From a virus: a DNA stretch of 64,000 nucleotides. Positions 9,501 through 17,960 of the stretch are shown here, piece by piece. The translations under genes and the position numbers were made by a program. How positions within the stretch are numbered: position 1 is the stretch's first letter; the number at the start of each line of letters is the position of its first letter. Below the pieces are notes generated by a model. That model did no database searches, was not told where the DNA came from, and saw nothing but the letters and a program-made list of their open reading frames with translations. The DNA is taken from the IMG/VR virus record IMGVR_UViG_3300028920_000034, positions 64,001 through 128,000 of that record, one strand, 5' to 3'.

Positions 9501-11515
9501 ACCGTGACCACCACCGTCTTGAGGGCCTTGCCGATGGCCCCGGCGAGCTTCTTGCCGGCCGCAGCGAACTTGCTCGCTGCCGTGTCCGTGGACTTGTCCA
9601 CGCCGGCCGTGACTCCCTTCGTGGCCTCCTTGCCGCCGAAGATGGCCTCGAAAACCCCGCGGAAAAACTTGCCCATGTAGGACAGGAGCTTCATGGTGAG
9701 GCCGCCCCAGTCTACCCCGGCGATGGCGTCCGCCAGGCGAAGCATCATCGGGCTCACCACGTCCATGAGCCAATTCATGGCCGCGATGGCCTTGTTCCAG
9801 GCCAGGTAGAGCCCCTCCTTGATCTGGGGCCACATTGCCGGGAGCTTCTCCTTGGCGTACTCCCAGAGCTTCTGGAGTCCGCTCAGGACCTTTTCGCGGA
9901 TGCCTTTGTGGAACAGCATCAGCCCGGCGAGGATGATTCCGCCTGGCATCAGGAGCTTGCCCAGGAAGGCGAACGAGACACCCATGGCCGCCAGGGCCGT
10001 GAGCATCGGGCCCATCTTCGTGACCACCATTTCGATCATCGGCCCCAGGTTGCCGAGTCCGACAAACAGGCCGGAGAGGCCCACGCGCTGCATGAGGAGG
10101 AGGCGCCTGGTGAGAGCTCCAATCGGACCCGACTTGTTGGCCAAACCGTTCTTTCCGCCGAGCCGCTTCATCAGGGAGTCGAATCCCTTGCGCTGCATCT
10201 TGATCCACTTGTTCAACTCGGGCTCGGAGAGCTTCTTGAGCCGGATATTGAACCGGTCCAGCATTCGCTTGTAGGCGTCCCCCTTCGTGAGCCCAGTACC
10301 GTAATTTTTCTTGGCCGCCTTGCCCATCGCCCCCAGGTACTTGGACTGGTTGGCGATCATCTCGTTCATCTTCGCCATGGCCTTGCTGGCCTTGCCCCAG
10401 GAGTCTTTCCCGGTAGCGAGGAACGAGACGTTGGCCCCCAGGGCCTTCGTGATGCTCGTCTTGAGCCGGAGGAAGCTGGCGCCCATGCTGCCGCCGCGCT
10501 TCTCCGCATCGGCGCTCATCTTGCGGAGGGCCTCCATGAACTTGGCGGGGTCCGCCATGATCATCTTGAAGGCTTTTTGGACCCCACCCTTTTCGGACAG
10601 CGCCTTGGCAATGTCCGAGAATCCGTCCCCCATCCCGATGAACATCCGCTCGAGACCCTTGCGTTCCTTTGCGAGCGTGGTGAACAAATTTTTGGAGAGC
10701 TCCAGAGCGTCCTCCGCGCTGGCGCCGAGCCCCTCCTTGAAGCCGGCCGCCAGCTTCATGATGGAGAACGTGAACTTCTCAATGTCCTTGGGGCCGGCCC
10801 CCTTGAACATCCCGGCGAGCTCCTTGTTGAGCACGTCCAGAATGCCTGGCATCCCTTGGACCGCCTCCTTGCCGAAGTTGAACTGCTTGCCAAGGGAGAA
10901 CACCATGTCCATCAGCCCGCGCACGCGCTTCGTGGTGAACCCGAACCCCTTAGTGAGCCCCGAGTAGATCAGGGCGAGCTGCTTCCCTTCGATGCCCAGC
11001 ACCGAGGTGACCCGGATGAGCTGGCGCGCCGTGGCCGTCATCCCCTTCGTGCCCAGCACCTCCTCGAGCTTGAGCCCCTGGCGACGGAAGGCCGCCCAGT
11101 TTTTCGCCGCCTCTCCCCAGTCAGTGTTGAGCGAGTAGGCCGCGGAGCTCAGGGCGGACTTCCACCGGCTGGCCACCTTGCTGTTCATGTTCATGCCCAC
11201 GGTGATCTCGCCCCACGTCTTGCGGAACTGGGCCGCTGTGGAGCTCAGGGCATTGTCGATGTTGGGGTTCATGGCCCGGTTGGCCATGTTGTCCAGGGCG
11301 CCGGTGACGGCCCCCATCAGCCCCTTGCCGCGGGAGGCGAGCCCCTTGAAGCTGGACGTGATTCGACCTGTCATCCTGGCCGCGTTTCCGGCCAGGTTCT
11401 TGAGCCCGTTCCAAACTGTCGTGAAGCCCTCGGAGACCTTGTTGAGGGTCGCACCGAGTGTCACGTCCTTGCCGAAGAACGTGAATCCGAGGCCGCCGAA
11501 GTTGTAGCCCGCCAT
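6506..11515 (-). CDS. Tail tape measure protein (1669 aa)
   Basis: Long, Ala/Gly/Lys-rich, helical, with periodic W/F repeats (ITWPFRMLW, ISFPWRMLY) and hydrophobic segments; follows the tail chaperone. Confidence 0.92.
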   Translation of the reverse strand: MAGYNFGGLGFTFFGKDVTLGATLNKVSEGFTTVWNGLKNLAGNAARMTGRITSSFKGLASRGKGLMGAVTGALDNMANRAMNPNIDNALSSTAAQFRKTWGEITVGMNMNSKVASRWKSALSSAAYSLNTDWGEAAKNWAAFRRQGLKLEEVLGTKGMTATARQLIRVTSVLGIEGKQLALIYSGLTKGFGFTTKRVRGLMDMVFSLGKQFNFGKEAVQGMPGILDVLNKELAGMFKGAGPKDIEKFTFSIMKLAAGFKEGLGASAEDALELSKNLFTTLAKERKGLERMFIGMGDGFSDIAKALSEKGGVQKAFKMIMADPAKFMEALRKMSADAEKRGGSMGASFLRLKTSITKALGANVSFLATGKDSWGKASKAMAKMNEMIANQSKYLGAMGKAAKKNYGTGLTKGDAYKRMLDRFNIRLKKLSEPELNKWIKMQRKGFDSLMKRLGGKNGLANKSGPIGALTRRLLLMQRVGLSGLFVGLGNLGPMIEMVVTKMGPMLTALAAMGVSFAFLGKLLMPGGIILAGLMLFHKGIREKVLSGLQKLWEYAKEKLPAMWPQIKEGLYLAWNKAIAAMNWLMDVVSPMMLRLADAIAGVDWGGLTMKLLSYMGKFFRGVFEAIFGGKEATKGVTAGVDKSTDTAASKFAAAGKKLAGAIGKALKTVVVTVGSQVYKFFTDWSMGFEKGVAQKGKLIGGIFITMMFFGSTRRLMLRGLMWIASTMYSTLAGMLTKMYAWAAGMAAQWGIAFWPVVAAIAVIAALGVAFYALTGQMGKTAKLIAKIILHPFLMLWDLIQPVIKAIKALWKGDVLGFFKYAGIAMLKAITFPFRYLGGVVENVVNLVSHLWGKLRDSLSVRGKGILDAIAGPFKVMWGVIKPLIDAVKKLAGGDFVGFFKSMGRFLLEALLFPFKMTWNGIKLFYTLIVEGWKSLYASLGSTGRGIMDAITWPFRMLWKAASWTVGAVQTAFQGLWVGLKWVANAIWQVISFPWRMLYKVVSGVVSAVLAVWRYMGDSLTTLAEGIWAMISWPFRKLWQLATAAWNGIKAVWGVASQVFSAIGNAIYSAVGWVWEKLKVVATAAWSAIKAVWSTVIGFYKKIGTAIYDGITWAFRKIKEVALAVFGAVKNAAKKVAGAITGFFSKAWGGLKSMASKAWGGIKSAASAVGDKVRGGFSAVGNGLKSFFGGATETIGVNISSITSSVDKMVAKMQADQIEASKNITRATTVSRDKQVTNQKQIKETADWLWNGMKQVGGAALNFLGMSSAQVTTQMAGHMNVTSSNAATTWTNVSSAAAQGNTNVARASASGANQSAAAYAKMRGKVGGEMVSVGQTGAKMYQKLTRAASDAAAIQIKLQMAQLEKQKKFTKQTSELQAVLGKINALRQQADKMGLKGVSVSTKDLKDRIKKQTKIERQARVKFYDWWATRMGSRAKAIRMDIFGQNVMPLVKEYMDKGMSMQQALSKGMMKFQRKMVRDRADQLTQLYAQLKTGENLYDLPREQREAFRGIFRRLQGARAQRIFKGLDLGALTGKNVELSPKIIAALKKFDPRLKVGEGSTVSGISYKKIGTKGLGKAPATGTGGVGAGARAGFRARTPERQVSAAISKDTKAAMADVSVAIAQLTQAIRTFQVNVYIQGDIGDYLSAQSKRARLIRQRANASKVRSAGSQ

Positions 11516-11569
11516 GGGTTGCTCGCCTACCTGGCGGGTCCAGTGGATCTAATCAGTACAATCGTGGCG

Positions 11570-11767
11570 CTAAACCCGCTTGATCTTGTTTAGCTCTGCC
11601 TTTGTTGCCGCTTCCCGCGCATCTTCCAGATCTGCCTTGCGTTGACACATTCTGAACCGCCTCGAGCTCGGCATTGTCATCGCATCATTATATGGGATCT
11701 GGAGCTCCTCCATAAGGTAGAAAACCTCGTGCTCCAGCTCCTTTATGTCCCCGAGGGGAAGAAAAAA
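11570..11767 (-). CDS. Tail-chaperone -1 frameshift extension
   Basis: FFLPLGDIKELEHEVFYLMEELQIPYNDAMTMPSSRRFRM... lies in the -1 frame entered at the slippery T TTT TTC (11761-11767). Confidence 0.75.
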   Translation of the reverse strand, partial: FFLPLGDIKELEHEVFYLMEELQIPYNDAMTMPSSRRFRMCQRKADLEDAREAATKAELNKIKRV

Positions 11768-12744
11768 TCCTTTTGAGTAATGTCCAGATCGGCTTCGAAT
11801 CCGGCGCCACAGGATCCACACGTGTTGTCCACGCTGGTGTCGATCCCGCCCTCGCGCTTCTCGAATTCACCGCGGAGGAAGTTGCGGTCCTTGAGGGAGA
11901 GCTTTTTCAGGTCCTGGATCCGCACCGGGCGCCCGTTGATCTCCACCACGCGCGCCAGGAGAGCTGCGGACAGAAGATCCCGGCGCGCCTCCTGGGCCTT
12001 GGCCACGATGCTCTCATGCTTCCCGAGCATGATCCGGCACCGCGCCACGTGGCCCGAGCTCGGAAGGGTCACATCGTAGGCGCGCTCCATCGGATCCAGC
12101 ATCGGCTGGCGCTCGAGCTCGGTGAGGTTGACCCGGAGCCGGTTCTCCGCGCCGCACTGGGGACAGCGTGCGACGAACTTGAACCACTCCCCGTCGTCCA
12201 CACTGATGATCCGAAGGTGTAGCAGGAGAAGCGTGCGATCCGCGATGGTGAACTCCTCGAAGAGGCCGGGCATCTTGCGCGAATCCGTGATCCAGTCACC
12301 CTCATCGCCACCCACGCGCTCCATGCAGCCGGAGATCACCCGGGAGAACCGGGTGGCCGCTTCGATCCGACCGTTGGTGAGAATGTCCTCCTCCACACCG
12401 GTCATCTCACGTAGCAGTACCCGGTACAGGCGCCTGGGCTCCGCACCGTTCTCTTCGATGGCGCCCCCCAGGAGCTTCACCTCACCGCCGCTGTGGGTCG
12501 CGTTGTCCATGTCATAGGGAGCCGGCGCCTGGGGCTTGGGGGCGTCCAGGACGCCTCCCTGGTGAGCTCCCTTGAAGTCCGTGCCCAGTGAGGCACCCGG
12601 GGCGGGGCCGCCGGGGATGCCAGGGGGCGGACCGTCCGACTTGGGTGGCCCCTGGTGACGCTCACCAGCCGGCTTGGGCGGGGCGAAGTTGACGCCTTCG
12701 GGCATCGGCCGGGGATCGGTGGGCTTGCTCTCATCAGTGCTCAT
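11743..12744 (-). CDS. Tail/baseplate-hub assembly chaperone with two CxxC motifs
   Basis: LREMTGVEEDIL, DRTLLLLHLRIIS, CPQC, CGSC and a C-terminal DFFFP; upstream of the tape measure; Pro-rich N-extension. Confidence 0.8.
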   Translation of the reverse strand: MSTDESKPTDPRPMPEGVNFAPPKPAGERHQGPPKSDGPPPGIPGGPAPGASLGTDFKGAHQGGVLDAPKPQAPAPYDMDNATHSGGEVKLLGGAIEENGAEPRRLYRVLLREMTGVEEDILTNGRIEAATRFSRVISGCMERVGGDEGDWITDSRKMPGLFEEFTIADRTLLLLHLRIISVDDGEWFKFVARCPQCGAENRLRVNLTELERQPMLDPMERAYDVTLPSSGHVARCRIMLGKHESIVAKAQEARRDLLSAALLARVVEINGRPVRIQDLKKLSLKDRNFLRGEFEKREGGIDTSVDNTCGSCGAGFEADLDITQKDFFFPSGT

Positions 12745-12959
12745 CTGGCTTTCCTCCTGGTGGGCCGGCGGCGCCTGGCCTTGTCCGCCTCTGACTTGTC
12801 ACGTAGGTGCTCTGCTATCAGCTCCCGCACAATGTCCGCCACGCTCCGGCTTTCGAATCCGGCGAGCTCCTGTAGCTCCACGTAGTGGGACTTTTTCATC
12901 CAGAAGTTGAACGTGTGCTTGTCCTCTGGATCTGGGAATTTGTAGCCGCGTCCTGCCAT
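12741..12959 (-). CDS. Ribbon-helix-helix DNA-binding protein
   Basis: HTFNFWMKKSHYVELQELAGFESRSVADIVRELIAEHL is a beta-strand plus two-helix RHH pattern; basic tail. Confidence 0.7.
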   Translation of the reverse strand: MAGRGYKFPDPEDKHTFNFWMKKSHYVELQELAGFESRSVADIVRELIAEHLRDKSEADKARRRRPTRRKAR

Positions 12960-12973
12960 GGATCTACTCAAGA

Positions 12974-13003
12974 GTTATACAGGTGTTGTAGATCCCATGT
13001 CAA
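12974..13003 (-). promoter_or_regulatory. Sigma70-type promoter upstream of the RHH gene
   Basis: TTGACA-N18-TATAAC with TG immediately before the -10, in an AT-rich intergenic gap. Confidence 0.6.
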
Positions 13004-13018
13004 TGGGACTGGCGTGAT

Positions 13019-13032
13019 CTGATTCGAATCAG
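13019..13032. promoter_or_regulatory. Palindrome CTGATTCGAATCAG (GATTCGAATC family), candidate operator
   Basis: Perfect 14-bp palindrome just upstream of the -35; core recurs at 34861, 35176, 56840, 58883 and 58930. Confidence 0.5.
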
Positions 13033-13038
13033 GATGTG

Positions 13039-13287
13039 CTACTTGGCGGCCGTAGAATGGGGAAACAGGATCTCTTCCCGCACGCGCGTGCGGGCCTTGC
13101 GCTTGCGCTTGGGTTCCCCAGTGACCGGGGCTGGCCATGCCCGGCGCACGATGGTCGGTGGGCTCACCTCTGGCCCCAGGATGGCCGCTGGGAACACCAT
13201 GCTGGCCGTGGTGGCCTCCTGGGTCATCTGGCCCTGGAGATACGCCCACAGGGCCTCACGCTGTGCTCTGGATAGGTTCATGGTCAC
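13039..13287 (-). CDS. Small hypothetical protein
   Basis: Start overlaps the stop of the upstream tube gene; fills the gap. Confidence 0.5.
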   Translation of the reverse strand: MTMNLSRAQREALWAYLQGQMTQEATTASMVFPAAILGPEVSPPTIVRRAWPAPVTGEPKRKRKARTRVREEILFPHSTAAK

Positions 13288-13880
13288 CCCGTGATGGAGA
13301 ACTCCTCGATCCGGTCCGGGTGCAGCTCGAGCTCCATCAGGGAGATCTCGCTGGAACTGGCATCGAAATCACTCCCAGATTTATACCTAATTGGTAGGCA
13401 ATCCATCAGGAGCCACGCCCGGGCCGGCACCCGAAGGATGCCCCCCACGTCCGGGAGGAACCCCCGAGCCACCTGGGCGACTGCCTGGAGCTCGGCACCA
13501 GCTTCACCGATGGCCGTGGCGCTGTACCCGGTAAACTGGATCAACAGGAGATTGCGCCGCTTGCCGCTCATGGATCCAAACGGCCCCCCGGGGCTCCCCT
13601 TGACCGTGGCCACAATCCACCGCCAGAACTCCGAATCGTAGAAGCTGGCCCCGCGGGTCAGCGTGATGGAGCTCACGGATCCACCTGAAATCAGGTGCCG
13701 CTTGAACGGGTGCGTGCCCTCCGCGAGCTCCTCCACCTCGAGCTGCACCTCGGGAGCGGTAATGGACTTGAAGGAAAGGAGCGGGTCCAGGGCCCAGGGT
13801 GGGAACGCCAAGCTGTAGGACACGTCCATCAGGTGAAACTGGTACACCTGGAGCCGGTCCAGTAAACGGATCCGGGGCAT
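13284..13880 (-). CDS. Second tail tube (gp19-family) paralog
   Basis: FKSITAPEVQLEVEELAEG...ITLTRG...FWRWI...RAWLLMDCLPIRYKSGSDFDASSSEISLMELEL; C-terminus resembles 13920-14393. Confidence 0.85.
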   Translation of the reverse strand: MPRIRLLDRLQVYQFHLMDVSYSLAFPPWALDPLLSFKSITAPEVQLEVEELAEGTHPFKRHLISGGSVSSITLTRGASFYDSEFWRWIVATVKGSPGGPFGSMSGKRRNLLLIQFTGYSATAIGEAGAELQAVAQVARGFLPDVGGILRVPARAWLLMDCLPIRYKSGSDFDASSSEISLMELELHPDRIEEFSITG

Positions 13881-13919
13881 GTGACGATCCTACCGAAGAG
13901 GTATCAGGGTGTCCACCGC

Positions 13920-14393
13920 CTACGCGATGGCAATGTCCATCTCCTCGCAGGTGAGCTCCAGCTCCGCCAGCGAGATCTCCGAGCTGGTGGCGTCCAGGTC
14001 ACCCGTGGGCTTCACGCGGCTCGGGAACGCCTGGCCGAGCTCCACGCGGAAGCTGGCGGCGCCCTGAATGTCGTCCTCACGATGGTAGTGGTGGATGATC
14101 AGATCCACACGGTACTCCGCACCGCGGATGGATCCGATGATCCAGTCCCAGAACCCGGTGAACGCCTTGGTGACGCCACGCTGGAGCGTGACTTCGGAGA
14201 CCGTGGGGGGACCCGGTTGCTTCTTGGTCCAGGTGTCTTTCCCCTCGCGGTACTCGGCCGCCTCCTGGCTGGTCTCCGGGATCGTGATGTTGTTGAACCC
14301 CGTCCCTTCCTGGACGTAGGCCGTGCCGTTCCAGGTGAACGAAGCACCGAACCGGAACGCCTGGTAGTAGTCGAGAGCAATGGAACGCGCCAT
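13920..14393 (-). CDS. Tail tube protein (T4 gp19/Afp1-like)
   Basis: DYYQAFRF...AEYREG...KQPG...VTLQRG...FWDWI...AFPSRVKPTGDLDATSSEISLAELEL. Confidence 0.93.
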   Translation of the reverse strand: MARSIALDYYQAFRFGASFTWNGTAYVQEGTGFNNITIPETSQEAAEYREGKDTWTKKQPGPPTVSEVTLQRGVTKAFTGFWDWIIGSIRGAEYRVDLIIHHYHREDDIQGAASFRVELGQAFPSRVKPTGDLDATSSEISLAELELTCEEMDIAIA

Positions 14394-14423
14394 GTTCTAT
14401 CTCCTTTCCGGATCCAGTGCCGA

Positions 14424-16589
14424 TTAGGCGCTCTGGTTGACCTTCTGCTGGAACCGGAAGCGCACAAATTCGCCGGGCTTGTTGGGCGCGGCGTACACGT
14501 CGCACGTCACCAATCCCAGGTCGATGTTCGCCTGCGGGTTGTTGGTGCTGTCACACACCACCTTGAAGGATTCGTCCGGATCCTGACCGGCGAAATACCC
14601 CTCGTTGTGGAGGTTGAGCATGAACGAGTTGAGGCTCGCGGAGATCCGCGCCCACAGCCCCGCGTTGTTGGACTCGAAGACCGCCCAGTGGGTGGCCAGG
14701 AACGTGGACTTCTCCAGGAACATGAACAGCCGGCGGACCTGGATGTACTTCCACTCCGCGTCGATGCTCATGGTCCGGGCGCCCCACACGGCTCGGCCGG
14801 TCTGGGGGCTGTCCACCAGGGGGTTGATGTTCGCCGGGTAGATCAGATCCCGCTCACCCTTGCTCGTGTCGTACTCGAGCCCGATGGCCAGGAGGAGCTT
14901 CCCGTCGTTGATGCCCGCGGGGGCCTTCCCGACGTTCCGCTGCTGATCCGTCCGGGCGAACACGCCGGCCACGAAGCCCGAGGGGGGCATGTTCATGGGC
15001 CGGTTGTTCGCCAGGCTGTTGGCGATGGTCACCCAGGGGTAGTACAGCGCCGCGTAGGAGCTGGCGAACGCCCCGGTGAACTGCCGGTACTCGAGCACCT
15101 CCTGGGGCGTCAGATCCGACGCCGGATCCAAGAGGATGAACCGGTCCTTGCCGTCCTCCGCCCATGCGATCAGATCGTTGGCCACGATCACCGAGCCCGC
15201 GAAGTCCGGGAGGAACACCTGGAGGATCTCTTCGATCTGGTCCAGGGCATAGATCCCGCGCCGGCTGGACTGGAGCGCCGGGTCCGTCACCAGGGTGCGG
15301 GTCAGGCCGCCCGTACCGTCCGAGCCACCGGACAGGGTGCAGCACGCCTCGGTGTCATGGCTCACCTGTTTGTAGGTGGCCGTCACCACCGCCGTGCCCG
15401 TGGCATTGAAGTTGAGGGTCACGTACCCGGTGGTGTAGTTGACCGTCCCGTCGCCGCCCTGGTCACCCGTGAGGGTGCCGTTGCCGTCATCGGTGAACGT
15501 CTCGGTGCCATCGGTGATGCTCACCGAGCCCCGAAGCACCTCCGGGTGCGCCAGGTAGGTGGTGTAGGCCAGGCTGGCCCCGTCCTCGAGGAGCAACGGC
15601 TCGGCCGTCCAGGTGGCCGGCTGGAGCTCCCAGGGCACGCCCGGGGTGGTGCCGGCCGCCACACGCACCAGGTCGGACCGGTTGTTCACCTCGTCCACGA
15701 AGTAGTCCGGGTCACCCGGCGTGGTGAGGTTAAACGGCCCGAGCTGCTCCTGCACCACGTAGTCGCCAGCCCCGAGGGAGCTCTCCTCGTACACCAGCAT
15801 GTCGAACTTGGTGTAACCGCCGTTGGCGGTGTCCCGGTAGGAATCGTTGCCGATCAGGCACGCCTTCACCAGATTGCCCCAGGCGCCCTCGTTCTCGGCT
15901 TCGATGGCCCACCGGTTCACCAGGTCCGACCCGGCGGCGCTCGGGGTGCCACCGAATACGAGCTGGGTGCCGTCACCCAGGGTGGTCGGGGCTGCCACCG
16001 CCACCGAGGAGCTCGCGCCCGTGCCGCCGGTCTCGTCCGACGTGATCTTGATCCGCTGGTAGCCGTCCGTGTCGGTGACCACCGAGGCCGTGGACGTGGC
16101 GGAAATGTCCGCGTTGATCGCCGCCGCGATCTGGGTGGCCGTGTAGATCCCGGTGCCACCGCCCGCGGTCAGGTCAATGTCATCGTAGGCCGTCGCCTCG
16201 TCCGTGACCTTGATCCCGTCGTCGGTGGTGGCCGTGATGGTGATGCCAGCCGCCGGGATGCGCCAGCCCAGCACGTAGGCCGCCTGGTCCGCATCTTCGA
16301 TGGCGCAGTCCGCTTTCACCGCGTTGGCCGGCACCTCGCGCACGATGTACGCGCGGGAGCCGCCGTTGGAGAAGAACGCCGCCATGGCGTAGGGCACGTA
16401 GCTGTTGCTCCAGTAGGAGCCGAACTTGTCCACGAAGTCATCGAACCCCGTGACCAGGGTGGCCTTCCCCACCGGTCCGCGCTGGAGCCAGCCCACGGTG
16501 GCGCACGTGGACGTGCTCACGCCGCTGACCACCGCGGGGCCCGCCGCTCGCTCCTCGATGTAGACGCCTGGGCTCAGGTATTCCGCCAT
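14424..16589 (-). CDS. Contractile tail sheath protein
   Basis: MAEYLSPGVYIEE, YAALYYPWV, PPSGFVAGVFARTD, KAPAG, VWGART, YIQVRRL, WAVFESN, PGEFVRFRF. Confidence 0.96.
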   Translation of the reverse strand: MAEYLSPGVYIEERAAGPAVVSGVSTSTCATVGWLQRGPVGKATLVTGFDDFVDKFGSYWSNSYVPYAMAAFFSNGGSRAYIVREVPANAVKADCAIEDADQAAYVLGWRIPAAGITITATTDDGIKVTDEATAYDDIDLTAGGGTGIYTATQIAAAINADISATSTASVVTDTDGYQRIKITSDETGGTGASSSVAVAAPTTLGDGTQLVFGGTPSAAGSDLVNRWAIEAENEGAWGNLVKACLIGNDSYRDTANGGYTKFDMLVYEESSLGAGDYVVQEQLGPFNLTTPGDPDYFVDEVNNRSDLVRVAAGTTPGVPWELQPATWTAEPLLLEDGASLAYTTYLAHPEVLRGSVSITDGTETFTDDGNGTLTGDQGGDGTVNYTTGYVTLNFNATGTAVVTATYKQVSHDTEACCTLSGGSDGTGGLTRTLVTDPALQSSRRGIYALDQIEEILQVFLPDFAGSVIVANDLIAWAEDGKDRFILLDPASDLTPQEVLEYRQFTGAFASSYAALYYPWVTIANSLANNRPMNMPPSGFVAGVFARTDQQRNVGKAPAGINDGKLLLAIGLEYDTSKGERDLIYPANINPLVDSPQTGRAVWGARTMSIDAEWKYIQVRRLFMFLEKSTFLATHWAVFESNNAGLWARISASLNSFMLNLHNEGYFAGQDPDESFKVVCDSTNNPQANIDLGLVTCDVYAAPNKPGEFVRFRFQQKVNQSA

Positions 16590-16687
16590 GATGGTTCTCC
16601 TCCGATGTGCCACTCCATCGGAGCGGCGATCCGTTCATGAATCTTTTGAACAGCTACCGCCTGGGCAGCCGCATGTTACCGATCCTG

Positions 16688-17194
16688 CTACCCCTTGCGC
16701 TTGCGTCTGCGCTTGGAGGTACGCTTCGGAGTCGAAGTCTCCCCGGGCGGGGGCTCATCCTTGCCGCTCTCCTCGCCGTCATCGGCGGGGGGCTCGGACT
16801 CGTGAGCATCAGAAGACTCGGCTCCGGGCTCAGTAACAGGCTGCCCGGGGTCATCGGAGGGAACTGGCGGAGGCTCTGGAGCCGGTTCCGCCTCGAGCTC
16901 CACCTCGAGCTCGGGCTCGGGCTGGGGCTCAGGCTTGGGCTCCGGGGCCACCACTGGCTCCGGGGTATGCTTCGGGGGAGGTGGCAAGGGAGCGGGAGGA
17001 GCCGGCGCCTTCACAGGCTTTGGATCCACCCCCACCTCAACCACGTGACCCTTTCTTTTCAGCGCACGGAACGGACCGCTGTTCACGGTCTGCCGATCCA
17101 CAGGGAACTCGGCCAGGGGGGCAACGGACATGGAATCGCCGTTGGCGAAGTCCACGGGTAGGGGACGATTTTGAGTGTTGCGGAATCTGGCCAT
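16688..17194 (-). CDS. Hypothetical protein with Pro/Glu-rich disordered tail
   Basis: Small N-domain, then PE-rich linker and basic end; in operon. Confidence 0.7.
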   Translation of the reverse strand: MARFRNTQNRPLPVDFANGDSMSVAPLAEFPVDRQTVNSGPFRALKRKGHVVEVGVDPKPVKAPAPPAPLPPPPKHTPEPVVAPEPKPEPQPEPELEVELEAEPAPEPPPVPSDDPGQPVTEPGAESSDAHESEPPADDGEESGKDEPPPGETSTPKRTSKRRRKRKG

Positions 17195-17216
17195 CTATTC
17201 AGCTCCGGGATCCGCC

Positions 17217-17960
17217 CTATGGTACACCTACATGATCTTCGATTGCAAGCGATCTCGCACCCTTCACCAGGAGCGGGTCGTTCAGGTCTATCTCACCCTG
17301 CACCGTCACGTTCAAGGCGAATCCGCCTTGGCGATCCACAATGTCCAGAGCATCCTTCAGATCTGTCGGACCCTCTGCCGTGCAATCGTAGGTGCGCTCA
17401 TCCCCCAGACTGTCCAGGACAGGGATCCGGGTGAACCCCTGGGGAGGATAACGCTTCATCACGTGCTTCAGCATCCTCTGGGCATTGGATTCTGCTTTCA
17501 CACCGGCCGTGAGCACAGAGAACATATACATGAGATTATACGGAAAACTGCCGTACTGCTCCTCGTACTCCTCGTAGCCGCCGGTGAATTCGGTCCTACC
17601 CCACGTAGCCGTGGTCATGGCCCCCACCCCCGCCCGGTACTTCAGGTGGACGCTGGGCCACCGCTCCGGGGCCGGATCCACACTGTCGCGGCGCACCACG
17701 ATACAGGGGAGCACGAAGCTCTGGAACCGGTCGTCTGGCGCGTTCCAGATCACAGGGATCCCAGGCATCGCCTGGCCACGGAGCTCCTCCACTCGGTAGG
17801 ACCCAGGGTACGGGGGCGGATCTACGCCGTCGATGTTCACCCACCAGTCGTCATCGATCTGCTGCGCGCCCAGGTGACGCACCACGCCCAGATCGAAATC
17901 CGAGATCCACACGTCCCCAGTGGGCGCGGCTTGGACAAACGGTGTGACGGTCGGACTCAT
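17217..17960 (-). CDS. Putative tail terminator/completion protein
   Basis: LPCIVVRRDSV...PYNLMYMFSV pattern and position upstream of the sheath; function inferred. Confidence 0.55.
   Translation of the reverse strand: MSPTVTPFVQAAPTGDVWISDFDLGVVRHLGAQQIDDDWWVNIDGVDPPPYPGSYRVEELRGQAMPGIPVIWNAPDDRFQSFVLPCIVVRRDSVDPAPERWPSVHLKYRAGVGAMTTATWGRTEFTGGYEEYEEQYGSFPYNLMYMFSVLTAGVKAESNAQRMLKHVMKRYPPQGFTRIPVLDSLGDERTYDCTAEGPTDLKDALDIVDRQGGFALNVTVQGEIDLNDPLLVKGARSLAIEDHVGVP

Noticed and set aside
7821-10208. 795-aa alternative-frame ORF inside the tape measure
   Set aside because: R/G/P/H-rich off-frame artefact typical of high-GC genes.
1-16589. Stand-alone eCIS/tailocin locus
   Set aside because: It is contiguous with portal, protease, MCP and neck genes and has a long tape measure, so it is a phage virion module.
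13881-16640. Long + strand ORFs (919 aa here; also 1470-2960, 8972-11593, 29726-31444, 45841-47958)
   Set aside because: They are antisense shadows of clearly identifiable - strand genes. High GC3 codon usage removes stops on the opposite strand, and the translations show no recognisable motifs.
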